23,084 nt of DNA, filler included, from Barthelona sp. PAP020 (GCA_040182905.1; 20 parts of 20 records of this genome joined end to end with filler, not necessarily neighbours in it); one strand, 5' to 3'; counted from the first letter of the whole stretch, positions 1 to 9,851 are shown. The notes: generated by a model from the letters alone, not told the origin. A program made the numbers and translations.

Positions 1-316
1 CTCTGTTACGATAATCAGGGCGTCTATAAACGTAAATGAAAACTTATTTGATGAGACCAAATATTATTTTTTTTTTTTGAAGTTTTCTATTGAAGAGTGT
101 TCGTTATTATTGATGCAGAGAGTATGTTTCTGTTATCTTCCCATAATCAGGAAACTAACATTTCTTGAAATCACAAAGACTCCACTACAATTTGCATTAA
201 AGCATTAAATTCTCAAATAGATTATTTCGCCAAGCTTGTAAGTCTCATCAAAATAATAGTACTGAGATATTCTTTTCTTTTCTAATACTAAATTTGATTT
301 TTAATAAGAGTGGTAT

Positions 317-704
317 TTATTTCTAAGCCAAGAAGCACTATAGATATGAATGAACAGAAAAGAATGCTGTTTATTTGGTTAAAAAAATTTAGATACTCGA
401 TTAATCAGTTGAAAAGTTTCAGATTTTCTAAAAAAGGTGTGAACTTTTAATTTTACTCCATAAAAAATAAAAAATTAAAGGAATAAAAACTTTCTCTAAA
501 ATTTTCATTTCTTTACTTTTCCTCTAAGGTTTTGACTATTTATTTCCAGACCTAGTAGTAGTATGTGTATGAGTGAATAAAAAAGAATGGTGTTTGTTTG
601 GTTAAAGGTTTTCGAGGCCCAATTGATTTATTGATAAACTTTAGATTTTCTAAGGTAAGACCAGTATAAAAAAATTTATTTAACTCACAAAAAGAATATA
701 AATT
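317..704 (+). repeat. Two degenerate direct copies (223-nt period) of an AT-rich repeat family ('F') upstream of tRNA-Lys
   Basis: AAAAGAATGCTGTTTATTTGGTTAAA...AGATTTTCTAA (about 358-431) aligns with AAAAGAATGGTGTTTGTTTGGTTAAA...AGATTTTCTAA (about 581-652). Homologs occur at about 15700-15860 (+) and 16003-16110 (-). Confidence 0.75.
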
Positions 705-829
705 ACTTTAGTAATTAATTAAATAAATGAATTTTTGTTCTTCTATTATGCTTATATTATTAAATAAAAACATTAAATAATTAAAGCCAACCTAATATAT
801 TAATCGTAACTATTTACTCTTAACTTAGT

Positions 830-903
830 TCCTCTCTAGCTCAGTACGGTAGAGTTTCCGGCTTTTAACCGGACGGTCGCGGGTTCGAGCCCCGTGGGAG
901 GAG
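830..903 (+). tRNA. tRNA-Lys (anticodon TTT)
   Basis: Acceptor TCCTCTC/GGGAGGA with discriminator G; D arm GCTC/GAGT; anticodon arm TCCGG-CTTTTAA-CCGGA; T arm GCGGG-TTCGAGC-CCCGT. No encoded CCA. Confidence 0.96.
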
Positions 904-906
904 TGG

Positions 907-911
907 TTTTT
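907..911 (+). terminator. Pol III oligo-T terminator of tRNA-Lys
   Basis: TTTTT 3 nt after the discriminator. Equivalent T6 runs follow tRNA-Leu (8584-8589, -) and tRNA-Arg (15529-15534, -). Confidence 0.75.
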
Positions 912-930
912 CCAAACCTTTTTAAGGAGG

Positions 931-942
931 AGGATCGAGTCT
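931..942 (+). promoter_or_regulatory. Extragenic downstream B-box-like element AGGATCGAGTCT (tRNA-Lys)
   Basis: GATCGAGTC matches the B-box consensus GWTCRANNC. It lies 27 nt after the discriminator, with identical sequence and spacing at the other two tRNAs. Confidence 0.85.
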
Positions 943-966
943 TTAAAAAATACAAATTAAAACAAA

Positions 967-1115
967 TTCACACGACAATTCACGTTAGGTACAAGAAAAG
1001 GTATACGAAAGCTTTCACTCGACAAAATAATAAACATTTAATAAAAGCTTTTACTGTTCAAGGTTAGAGTTTGGGTTACTTGTCACTGGTCTGTTGTGCG
1101 TAGATTGGTTCAGAA
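967..1115 (+). mobile_element. Stack of three TTCAC-initiated repeat units (12-nt C stub, 35-nt B unit, diverged long C unit running off the contig)
   Basis: TTCAC at 967, 979 and 1014. The B unit TTCACGTTAGGTACAAGAAAAGGTATACGAAAGCTTT is identical to the minus-strand copy ending at 8481. 1014-1115 aligns with 21111-21212. Confidence 0.75.
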
Positions 1116-1215
1116 NNNNNNNNNNNNNNNNNNNNNNNNNNNNNNNNNNNNNNNNNNNNTTAATTAATTAANNNNNNNNNNNNNNNNNNNNNNNNNNNNN
1201 NNNNNNNNNNNNNNN
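1116..1215. other. Artificial contig linker (44 N + TTAATTAATTAA + 44 N); first of 19 identical linkers
   Basis: Same 100-nt unit starts at 1116, 2326, 3525, 4721, 5909, 7097, 8282, 9463, 10640, 11795, 12937, 14077, 15217, 16351, 17483, 18610, 19733, 20855 and 21975. TTAATTAATTAA gives stops in all six frames. Contig lengths never increase (1115 down to 1010). Confidence 0.99.
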
Positions 1216-2048
1216 TTTACGTTGGGATTGGGTAGTCTAAATGTCCACAAATCAACGTCATGTGAATATTCTAAAAATAAAAGTTGATCATAAATAATGT
1301 TTATTAGACCAATTTTCTCTTCTTTTTCAATCCAAAAATTCAATTGTTTGTTAGTTATGAATAAATAGTTGTTAAAATTTAATAATTCTTTTCCATTTAT
1401 CTCGCAAAACAAACATTCTTTATCAAAAATCATTGTATCTTTACTTTTTAATAATACATGTCGATAAGAAAACAAAATGTCTTCAATTGAACTCAAATCA
1501 TTACCATTCAATTTTTGTAGCTTTAATTCATCTACAATATATTGTTTTTCGTTAAATAATAATAAAATTTCGATACAACATCTTTGACAAGGTTCAAAGA
1601 AATTGTATTTTAATATATTCAGAATTTTGCTTTTAAGTTCAGTATTATAGTTAATGTTCAAACGTTCACGTTTGGTTATAATTGATAATAAACATGAAAA
1701 CAATTCTAGATACAATAATTGAAATTCACATTCTGGTTTTTCAATGGCTGTCAGGATTTTTTGTAATAAATCGACAGATAAATTTTTGCAATGCTTTTGA
1801 TGAATAGAATTAATTAAATTTTTTAATTCATCAATTGACAATTTGGATTCTTCAATTAATTCCTCCAAAACTTGAAATTGAACATTTTCCAATGTTTTGC
1901 ATTTAATAAGTTGCTGAAATCGATCCTCATTGGCAGGAGTTTCCAAAGAGAAGATAGAATTCATCTTTTCTTTCAAAATAGTTAAAGCAGGCAAATCAAA
2001 AGAAAATGTTTCTTCTTGTCTCAAATGATATCTGCAGTTTCTATTCAA
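1216..2048 (-). CDS. Hypothetical helical protein, 3'-truncated (first ATG at 1964)
   Basis: Open frame of about 277 codons in very AT-rich DNA; Leu/Glu/Lys-rich; no motif recognised. Confidence 0.7.
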
Positions 2049-2202
2049 TTGTATACTTTACTATCTTTGTTTACATAACAATAAAACAAATAAATAAAAA
2101 AATTTACAACAAAATTTACAAAAAGATTATTCTTGATATTAAAAAACTGTTATCTTTTGTTTTTTTTTTCTTTAAATATTCACATAAAGTCCATGAACTG
2201 TT

Positions 2203-2325
2203 TTATTCAACAGTTTTCAAAGCCCAAACAGAAATTTGCCCATCTGTTGTAGACATAGCAAATTTAGAATCTCCAACAACAGAAATTGCAACAACAGGGG
2301 ACTTTTCAGAAGAGTAACCTCCCAA
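2203..2325 (-). CDS. C-terminal fragment of a probable WD40-repeat protein
   Basis: Manual translation: LGGYSSEKSPVVAISVVGDSKFAMSTTDGQISVWALKTVE*. The STTDGQISVW segment fits a WD40 blade end. Confidence 0.65.
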   Translation of the reverse strand: MGGYSSEKSPVVAISVVGDSKFAMSTTDGQISVWALKTVE

Positions 2326-2426
2326 NNNNNNNNNNNNNNNNNNNNNNNNNNNNNNNNNNNNNNNNNNNNTTAATTAATTAANNNNNNNNNNNNNNNNNNN
2401 NNNNNNNNNNNNNNNNNNNNNNNNNA

Positions 2427-3524
<1,098 letters not shown>

Positions 3525-3625
3525 NNNNNNNNNNNNNNNNNNNNNNNNNNNNNNNNNNNNNNNNNNNNTTAATTAATTAANNNNNNNNNNNNNNNNNNNN
3601 NNNNNNNNNNNNNNNNNNNNNNNNT

Positions 3626-4030
3626 GGTTTTGTTCCTTCTTTAGATTCCACTGTTTGGAGAGTCAAATTCTTTGAAAGTGATGGAAAAGATTTTTTGGTT
3701 GCATCAATGGCTGATGGATGCATCAAGATATTTGACATTGTATTTGATATTGAAGAGGCAGATAGCACTGATATTATAGAAATTTTTTCACTTAAAGCAC
3801 ACAATGGACCAATTTATGACATTGCGTGCGTCAATGGCATGTTTGTATCTGTTGGTGGGGATGGATATTTGAGGAAATTTGAGTTTAATGCGGAATCAAA
3901 AAGTATTTCTTTAATTGCTGAAGCAAAGGTGTCACGTTGTGAATTAAACACACTGTGCGTTTTGAACGAGAATGTTTTCTTGGTTGGTGATGACAAAGGT
4001 GATGTGTATAGAGTTGTTGGTGATATTTGA
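3626..4030 (+). CDS. C-terminal part of a WD40-repeat protein
   Basis: VWRVKF...LVASMADGCIKIFD; AHNGPIYDI...FVSVGGDGYLRKF; FLVGDDKGDV. Frame is open from the contig start to TGA. Confidence 0.85.
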   Translation, partial: GFVPSLDSTVWRVKFFESDGKDFLVASMADGCIKIFDIVFDIEEADSTDIIEIFSLKAHNGPIYDIACVNGMFVSVGGDGYLRKFEFNAESKSISLIAEAKVSRCELNTLCVLNENVFLVGDDKGDVYRVVGDI

Positions 4031-4339
4031 TTATCTTCAAATTAATTTTTTAATTTAACTTTTTTTTTCTATTTTATAGCCTTTCTTTTTTACATGTGAA
4101 TTCAATGTTGCATTTCTCTTTCGAACTTGACTTTAAAAAGTAGAGAATTTTAGACATTTTACACAGAACCTATAAAAATAATTACCTTGATTGTTTCATT
4201 TTGATTTGAAACAGATAGAAAAAAGTCAATGGAATGCATTCTCCAAAATTACGAAATAATTCAAGGGCATTCATCAAATGTCGGGAAGGTTAATAGTTGT
4301 TTACAAAAGAACATAAACATGTTTATGATTTCTTTTCTT

Positions 4340-4720
4340 TGCAAAGCGACGGATTTCATGCAAATAGACAATATAAATGTGTTTAAAGTTTCTTCTTGCG
4401 ATTTCTGATATTGATGGAAATCAAAATTGACAGTGAAATGACAACATAGAATCATATGATTCAGAGTAATAAGGATACAAGTGTACATAGTAGGTTAACA
4501 AGGAATTACAAGGTTTCATCAAGGAAACCCAGGGAAGAACAATCAAAAGTTATTGGCAAGAAGGGAAAAGATTATCATTTATTTATTTAGATAATCGCCT
4601 CATCCACCTAAAGTATTTCTATTTTTTTTTAAGAGTGTTCTGAACCATCCACGCAAAACGACTCAGTTGCAAGTACCCCCAAACTCTAACCGAGAACAAT
4701 AAAGATCTTTATAAACATTT
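4340..4720 (-). mobile_element. C-family TTCAC element copy (terminus lost at contig end)
   Basis: 4631-4720 is nearly identical to 8073-8162 and to the reverse complement of about 21130-21219. The body aligns more loosely with 7770-8060, 20555-20766 and 21230-21423. Confidence 0.8.
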
Positions 4721-4949
4721 NNNNNNNNNNNNNNNNNNNNNNNNNNNNNNNNNNNNNNNNNNNNTTAATTAATTAANNNNNNNNNNNNNNNNNNNNNNNN
4801 NNNNNNNNNNNNNNNNNNNNAGGTTCAATATTATAATAAATATGTTTAATGACTGAATAGTATGGAAATGAAAGTGTCATAACAAAAAAAGATTTTATCT
4901 TGAAAGCAATCAAATTGAAAATCATTTTTAATCTTTGTTTTTCAACTAA

Positions 4950-5908
4950 ATGAAGGGAAAAAATTTCCTTATTACATTAGGATTCCTTTTATGTTGCTTT
5001 ATTAGTGGTTTTTGTGAGACATTGTTTCAACCAGATGGTACGATTTACTTATCGGAAACTGCAACAAATTTATACACGGATTTTTCTTTCTCATCGTCAA
5101 AAATGTTGCTAGTTGGGGATGAAAATTTATTGGTTTATCATTCAAGAAGAAAAACTAACTATTCATATGAATCGAAGTTAGGATTTCGTGTGATAGATAT
5201 GAACCAATCAACACCTGTTTCAAATTGCCATCATTATGATTCATATGAAATTTTGAATGTTGCTCCCGTGGTCTCTAGCAAGTACCAAAAATTTGCTTTT
5301 TTTGGACGGGATCAAATCTCAAAGGACGTTTACGTTGTAATTTATGAAACAAATTATTCCTCTAATCAAGAATGTAGGCATGTAAAATCAATAAAGATTG
5401 AATCTCTCTTCTCTTTTGCTTCAGGTTCATTGAGTTTTGTTGACAATATCATATATGGTTCCATTTCATCTTATTATTTTAGTGGGACATGTGGGACGTA
5501 TGTTTTTGCCTTTAATGTAGAAACCGATAGCTTCATATATGAAAAGGATGATTACTACGTCCTAACGTTTGACTTCAAGGACCATTATATGTTTTATACA
5601 AAAAACGCTGCGCTTAAAATCCGTGTTTTTAATGGTTCACTGGCCAAAGATTATTCTTTAGACGGTTATGATGCACACACTTGCAATACTGGAAGTTGGA
5701 TGGATGGATACTTTATTGTTTACTGTGAGAATTATGGAAACAAAAAATTGGTTCTGTTTCTTGAGGAAAGCAACTCAAAGCTCTTGGTGAAGAGGCAAGT
5801 CTCTTTGGACGATTACAACTTCATATTGCCATCCCCTGTGCTTGCCGTTGGACACAATTGGTTTAGTTTGTGTGACGTTGAAGCTGATCCATACATTAGA
5901 TATGAATC
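4950..5908 (+). CDS. Predicted secreted or surface protein, beta-rich, 3'-truncated
   Basis: Long ORF from ATG with a signal-peptide-like N-terminus (MKGKNFLITLGFLLCCFISGFC); Tyr/Phe/Ser-rich alternating pattern with scattered Cys. Confidence 0.8.
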
Positions 5909-6008
5909 NNNNNNNNNNNNNNNNNNNNNNNNNNNNNNNNNNNNNNNNNNNNTTAATTAATTAANNNNNNNNNNNNNNNNNNNNNNNNNNNNNNNNNNNN
6001 NNNNNNNN

Positions 6009-7095
6009 TTTCCGCCATAGATTTTATAGACAAATGCCAATGATCTTTCATCAACAACAATTCCCATGCAGAAGAACGTAATGCATTATCAGGAACATAG
6101 TCCAATGGATCAAATAAATCAGGACCCTTTGGTATTGGAGGAAATTGATTTTCAGACACATCAGCTTCAATAACAATTGAAGATATTGACTCCATGTCCT
6201 TTCTATGTAATAAAGCAACACACGTGTTGTGTCTTAAAATGAGCATATGACAAACTGACAATGAAAAGAGAATTTGAGGGGGAGGCAAAGTTATGCAAAG
6301 ATTGACTAATTTTTTGAAAAAAAGTGCGGCATCTGCTGCAGATAATGTTTCTGAAGTGAGAACCAATTGAAAAAGATTCAAAAATTGTTGTCTAAACTGA
6401 GAAGTCATCATTGTATGGGACAAAATTTTGAACAAATGTTCAAAGAACTTTGGAAAATCAAGATTATATTTCGTCATCAATGTAAACAATGAATCCAAAG
6501 CCAACACTGAAATTTCTCCACCCAAAGAAAAAAAATTGCTTAAGGCGTCTAATAACCTGGTAGGATCTGTTAAATTGGGCATAATTTTATCATTCAACAT
6601 TAATAAAATAGGTTTTAGCAAAGCATTAGGAAAAGGCTTGAAACAGAGAAGTTTCATCCAAGCATTGGTAAACTCTTTTTTGTAAGTTTTATATTTAGCC
6701 AAATGTTGATAGCCTTTTACTTCATCTTCTAAGGCCAAATCATAAAATTGAGGAAAAAAAAACTTATCTTTTGAAATTTCTTCTAAGTTGGCAACCGATA
6801 ACAAATCAAAAAGATGCGTAAAAGCTTCATTATCATTCTTAGTCAATTCATCAAAAGAAGATTCTAATAATCGTTGAACAATAGTAAAGAAATAATATTT
6901 GATATCAATAAACTTTAAAAAATAATGATAAAATGTGGAAAAAGTTTCATCATCAAATGAATCACTTGTGATAAATGACAAAATCAATGATTGAAATTGT
7001 TTTGAAGGAAAAGTGTATGGTTCTTTGGACAATATCAAATTTCGTAAATCGTTTGCACTATTTTCAATATTTTTCTTTGTAAATTGAATAGACAT
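6009..7095 (-). CDS. NOC4: Nucleolar complex protein 4 (CBF/Mak21 domain), partial
   Basis: GGEISVLALDSLFTLMTKYNLDFPKFFEHLF, AALFFKKL, LILRH, DLFDP and SSAWEL..MKDHWH match Noc4 motifs. Confidence 0.88.
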
Positions 7096-7197
7096 TNNNN
7101 NNNNNNNNNNNNNNNNNNNNNNNNNNNNNNNNNNNNNNNNTTAATTAATTAANNNNNNNNNNNNNNNNNNNNNNNNNNNNNNNNNNNNNNNNNNNNT

Positions 7198-7341
7198 GGA
7201 ACAGAACCAAAATTAAAATGGTATGGTGAATCAAAAGCAAATTCAGTTGAAGAAGCTAAATTGAAAATAGATGCAATAGTCGAAGAGATAATTCAAAAAT
7301 GGATTCGTCCTGATGAAAGAGGCTTTGAAAAGAGTGTTTAA
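7198..7341 (+). CDS. C-terminal end of a phosphoglucomutase/phosphomannomutase (PGM2-like)
   Basis: Manual translation GTEPKLKWYGESKANSVEEAKLKIDAIVEEIIQKWIRPDERGFEKSV*. GTEPKxKxY is the domain IV phosphate-binding loop of alpha-D-phosphohexomutases. Confidence 0.85.
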   Translation, partial: GTEPKLKWYGESKANSVEEAKLKIDAIVEEIIQKWIRPDERGFEKSV

Positions 7342-7542
7342 GAAACAATCTTGAATTGGAAACACGCATTATCATTTTAAAGACTGAGTTATCACATCAG
7401 ACGATTATAAACATGTTCAATTTTCTTTTTAAAGGGTATTTTACAAACTAGATTCAGAGACAAATACTTACTTACCTTGTTTCCATTCAATAATCCAAGT
7501 TAAAGTGCTTTGATCAGCATTTTCAATTTTGAAGATGTGAAC

Positions 7543-8181
7543 TTTTGAGCTGGGACAGCGAAATTTAAAGCATAAAATCATTCAAGTCGCACAGGTTTCA
7601 GAACACATGCAGAAAGAAAGTAAAAGTTTTCACCAGAACTCCTCCATCAACGTAGAGGGGAAATTTGGCAAGTATTGAAGAAAGAAAAATTTCCCCAAAA
7701 AAATTATAAACTTATCAAAAGTTTTATCCCAAAGTTTTGATTATTTTATTTACTGTTGTGATGTGTTCGTAGCAAAAGCGGATGGATTTCAGGCAAAAGA
7801 GAATATAAATGTGTCTAAGGTTTCTTCTTGCAATTTCTGATATTAATGTGTATTAAAATTGAAAAGCTCAAGTAATAATAAACGTAATCGGAGAATTCAA
7901 AGATTAAGGATACAAGTAAAAAGAATAGGTCAACAAAACAAAGAATATCAAAGTATTACCAAAAGAACATAAGTGGCGACATTTAAAGTGAATCAAGGGA
8001 CTAAAGGAAAGTATTTCACTTTTCTTTAAATACATGCCTCATCTAAACCCAAAGCATTTCCTTTTTTTTTAAAAGAGTGTTCTGAAGCATCCAGGCAAAA
8101 CGACTCAGTTGCAAGTACCCCCAAACTCTAACCGAGAACAATAAAGATCTTTATAAACATTTATTATTATTGTCGTGTGAA
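7543..8181 (-). mobile_element. Longest C-family TTCAC element copy (at least 640 nt), with a degenerate body
   Basis: Begins TTCACACGACAATAATAAT at 8181 on the minus strand. Has a conserved ~110-nt terminus, an A-run, then a body homologous to 4340-4620, 20555-20766, 21230-21423 and 19452-19580. Confidence 0.8.
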
Positions 8182-8445
8182 TTTTAAATCTGGAAAAGAG
8201 GAGATCAAAACAATAAGAATTTCTTTTTCTAAAGGACCGCACCTCTTAACAATTATGAGTTTTTTTTTTTTTTCCAGACTTNNNNNNNNNNNNNNNNNNN
8301 NNNNNNNNNNNNNNNNNNNNNNNNNTTAATTAATTAANNNNNNNNNNNNNNNNNNNNNNNNNNNNNNNNNNNNNNNNNNNNAAACAGCCAGGATTCAAAT
8401 TCAAGGCTTTCCCAACTACTCATTTCAATAACACACCGTATATAA

Positions 8446-8547
8446 AAGCTTTCGTATACCTTTTCTTGTACCTAACGTGAAATTCCCCAACCCCAGTTAG
8501 TAAATATATATTAAAGCCTTTAATTTTGCCCTTTTGTCTAACGTGAA
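8446..8547 (-). mobile_element. Stack of two TTCAC units (A then B) downstream of tRNA-Leu
   Basis: Minus strand reads TTCACGTTAGACAAAAGGGCAAAATTAAAGGCTTTAAT...GGGGTTGGGGAAT from 8547, then TTCACGTTAGGTACAAG...GAAAGCTTTT from 8481. Confidence 0.75.
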
Positions 8548-8552
8548 ATGAG

Positions 8553-8564
8553 AGACTCGATCCT
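8553..8564 (-). promoter_or_regulatory. Extragenic downstream B-box-like element AGGATCGAGTCT (tRNA-Leu)
   Basis: Plus strand agactcgatcct; 27 nt after the discriminator at 8592. Confidence 0.85.
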
Positions 8565-8591
8565 CCGTTTCATTTTTTCCTTCAAAAAACT

Positions 8592-8674
8592 TGTATGAGA
8601 CGGGATTCGAACCCGCGCATCCGGAGATACCAGAGCCTTAATCTGGCGCCTTAGACCAACTTGGCTACCCATAC
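8592..8674 (-). tRNA. tRNA-Leu (anticodon AAG)
   Basis: Acceptor GTATGGG/CTCATAC with discriminator A; anticodon arm CCAGA-TTAAGGC-TCTGG; long variable arm; T arm GCGGG-TTCGAAT-CCCGT. Confidence 0.96.
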
Positions 8675-9563
8675 GAGGATTGATTACAAAAGAAAAATTG
8701 AACAAAAATTATCAACTTCGCAAAAAGTATCAAAGAAAATATTAAAATTATATTTTTAAAGAATTTGTATAACAATTTTTTTATTTAAAGTGTTCTAATT
8801 CTTCAACTAAAAGACAGCAAAATACCACGTTGGAACCACTTGACATTTTCATCCTATTTATCACCACAAGTAATTCACTTGAAATTAAGGCAAGATTTGA
8901 ACGTATTGCCTTACTAAGCACAATAAAGAAGAGTAAACCTTTCCTCAATCATAATAATGGGAATGCATCATATATCTTTTTCAGAGAAATCAATAAATTG
9001 TTTAATTGTGTCTTTTCAAGTTTTATTTTCAAAAGTGGAAATAAAAACTTTAAAATTTTACTTTTCTTTTAATAAAAGCGAAATTTCAGTCACTCAATTC
9101 CCCCTGGATTTTGATTGAAAAATTTGCCAAATTGTGTCTTCTGAGTCAAGATTCTTTGTAAATAAACATAGTTTCACAATTAAACCAAATTAGTTCATTT
9201 TGAAATGATCTTGTCTAAGAATGGTTTAACAATAAAATTTCTTTTGAAACTGTTCATTTTAAATAGTAAACAAAAGAGGAACACTGTTTAAGTTAATGGT
9301 TTCCCAAAAAATCATTTAAACCCTCTTTAAGTTACACAGCTAGTGACTAACTATTCCCAAAAGTAATATATAAAAACAATCAAACTGCGATTTATAAGGA
9401 AAGAAGAACTATTTACAAAGCATGAATTGGATAAACATGAAACCACAAACCCACCTTTCTAANNNNNNNNNNNNNNNNNNNNNNNNNNNNNNNNNNNNNN
9501 NNNNNNTTAATTAATTAANNNNNNNNNNNNNNNNNNNNNNNNNNNNNNNNNNNNNNNNNNNNA

Positions 9564-9818
9564 ATCGAAATTACTGAAATAGAAAAAATTGTAAGGAACA
9601 AAATTGACAATTTATATACATTGAATGAAGAAAATCAATTGATTTTGGAAGGAGGAATTGAAAAATCAGCCAAATCTGTTGATGAAGTGATGGCAAAAAT
9701 ATATGAAACTTTGAACCAAACAAGGATTGAACTTCAAAATTGTTTTGCATATGATGATAGAATGAATTGTGATGACCCCAAATCCAACAATTGTGAAACA
9801 GAAGATATTTCATCATAA
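9564..9818 (+). CDS. C-terminal fragment of a hypothetical protein
   Basis: Frame is open from the contig start (IEITEIEKIVRNKIDNLY...TEDISS*) and converges on thymidylate kinase with a 33-nt gap. Confidence 0.65.
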   Translation: MEITEIEKIVRNKIDNLYTLNEENQLILEGGIEKSAKSVDEVMAKIYETLNQTRIELQNCFAYDDRMNCDDPKSNNCETEDISS

Positions 9819-9851
9819 AGTTAAAACGTCATGCAGAATAATGTTTTTTTT

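Noticed and set aside
967..978. 12-14 nt stubs as target-site duplications around the A or B units
   Set aside because: Each stub matches the other C variant better than its neighbour: the 967 stub matches the 21111/8181 type, and the 21065 stub matches the 1014 type. Independent truncated units fit better, though this is not fully excluded.
967..1025. TTCAC stacks as a CRISPR-like repeat-spacer array
   Set aside because: The constant part is only about 5 nt, unit lengths vary from 12 to over 600 nt, the apparent spacers recur at other loci, there are no cas genes and the context is eukaryotic.
1160..1171. TTAATTAATTAA repeated about every 1.1 kb as a biological repeat or array
   Set aside because: It is always embedded in 44 N on each side. 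It is a six-frame-stop concatenation linker, so adjacency of genes across it means nothing.
2006..2317. Plus-strand 103-aa ORF and the other short overlapping ORFs (e.g. 2696-3315, 6428-6685, 16480-17530, 22101-22821)
   Set aside because: They are antisense or off-frame shadows of well-supported genes, or low-complexity AT-rich frames.
7464..7478. ATACTTACTTACCTTG resembling the U1 snRNA 5' end
   Set aside because: No U1 stem-loops or Sm site follow and the region is AT-rich.
7800..8072. Stop-codon reassignment (TAA aligned with CAA between repeat copies)
   Set aside because: Host genes end normally in TAA, TAG and TGA and have no internal stops. The copies are decayed with indels, and C/T transitions explain the pattern.
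8830..9072. 80-aa ORF upstream of tRNA-Leu
   Set aside because: TTG start, no motif, and it overlaps F-family-like AT-rich sequence.
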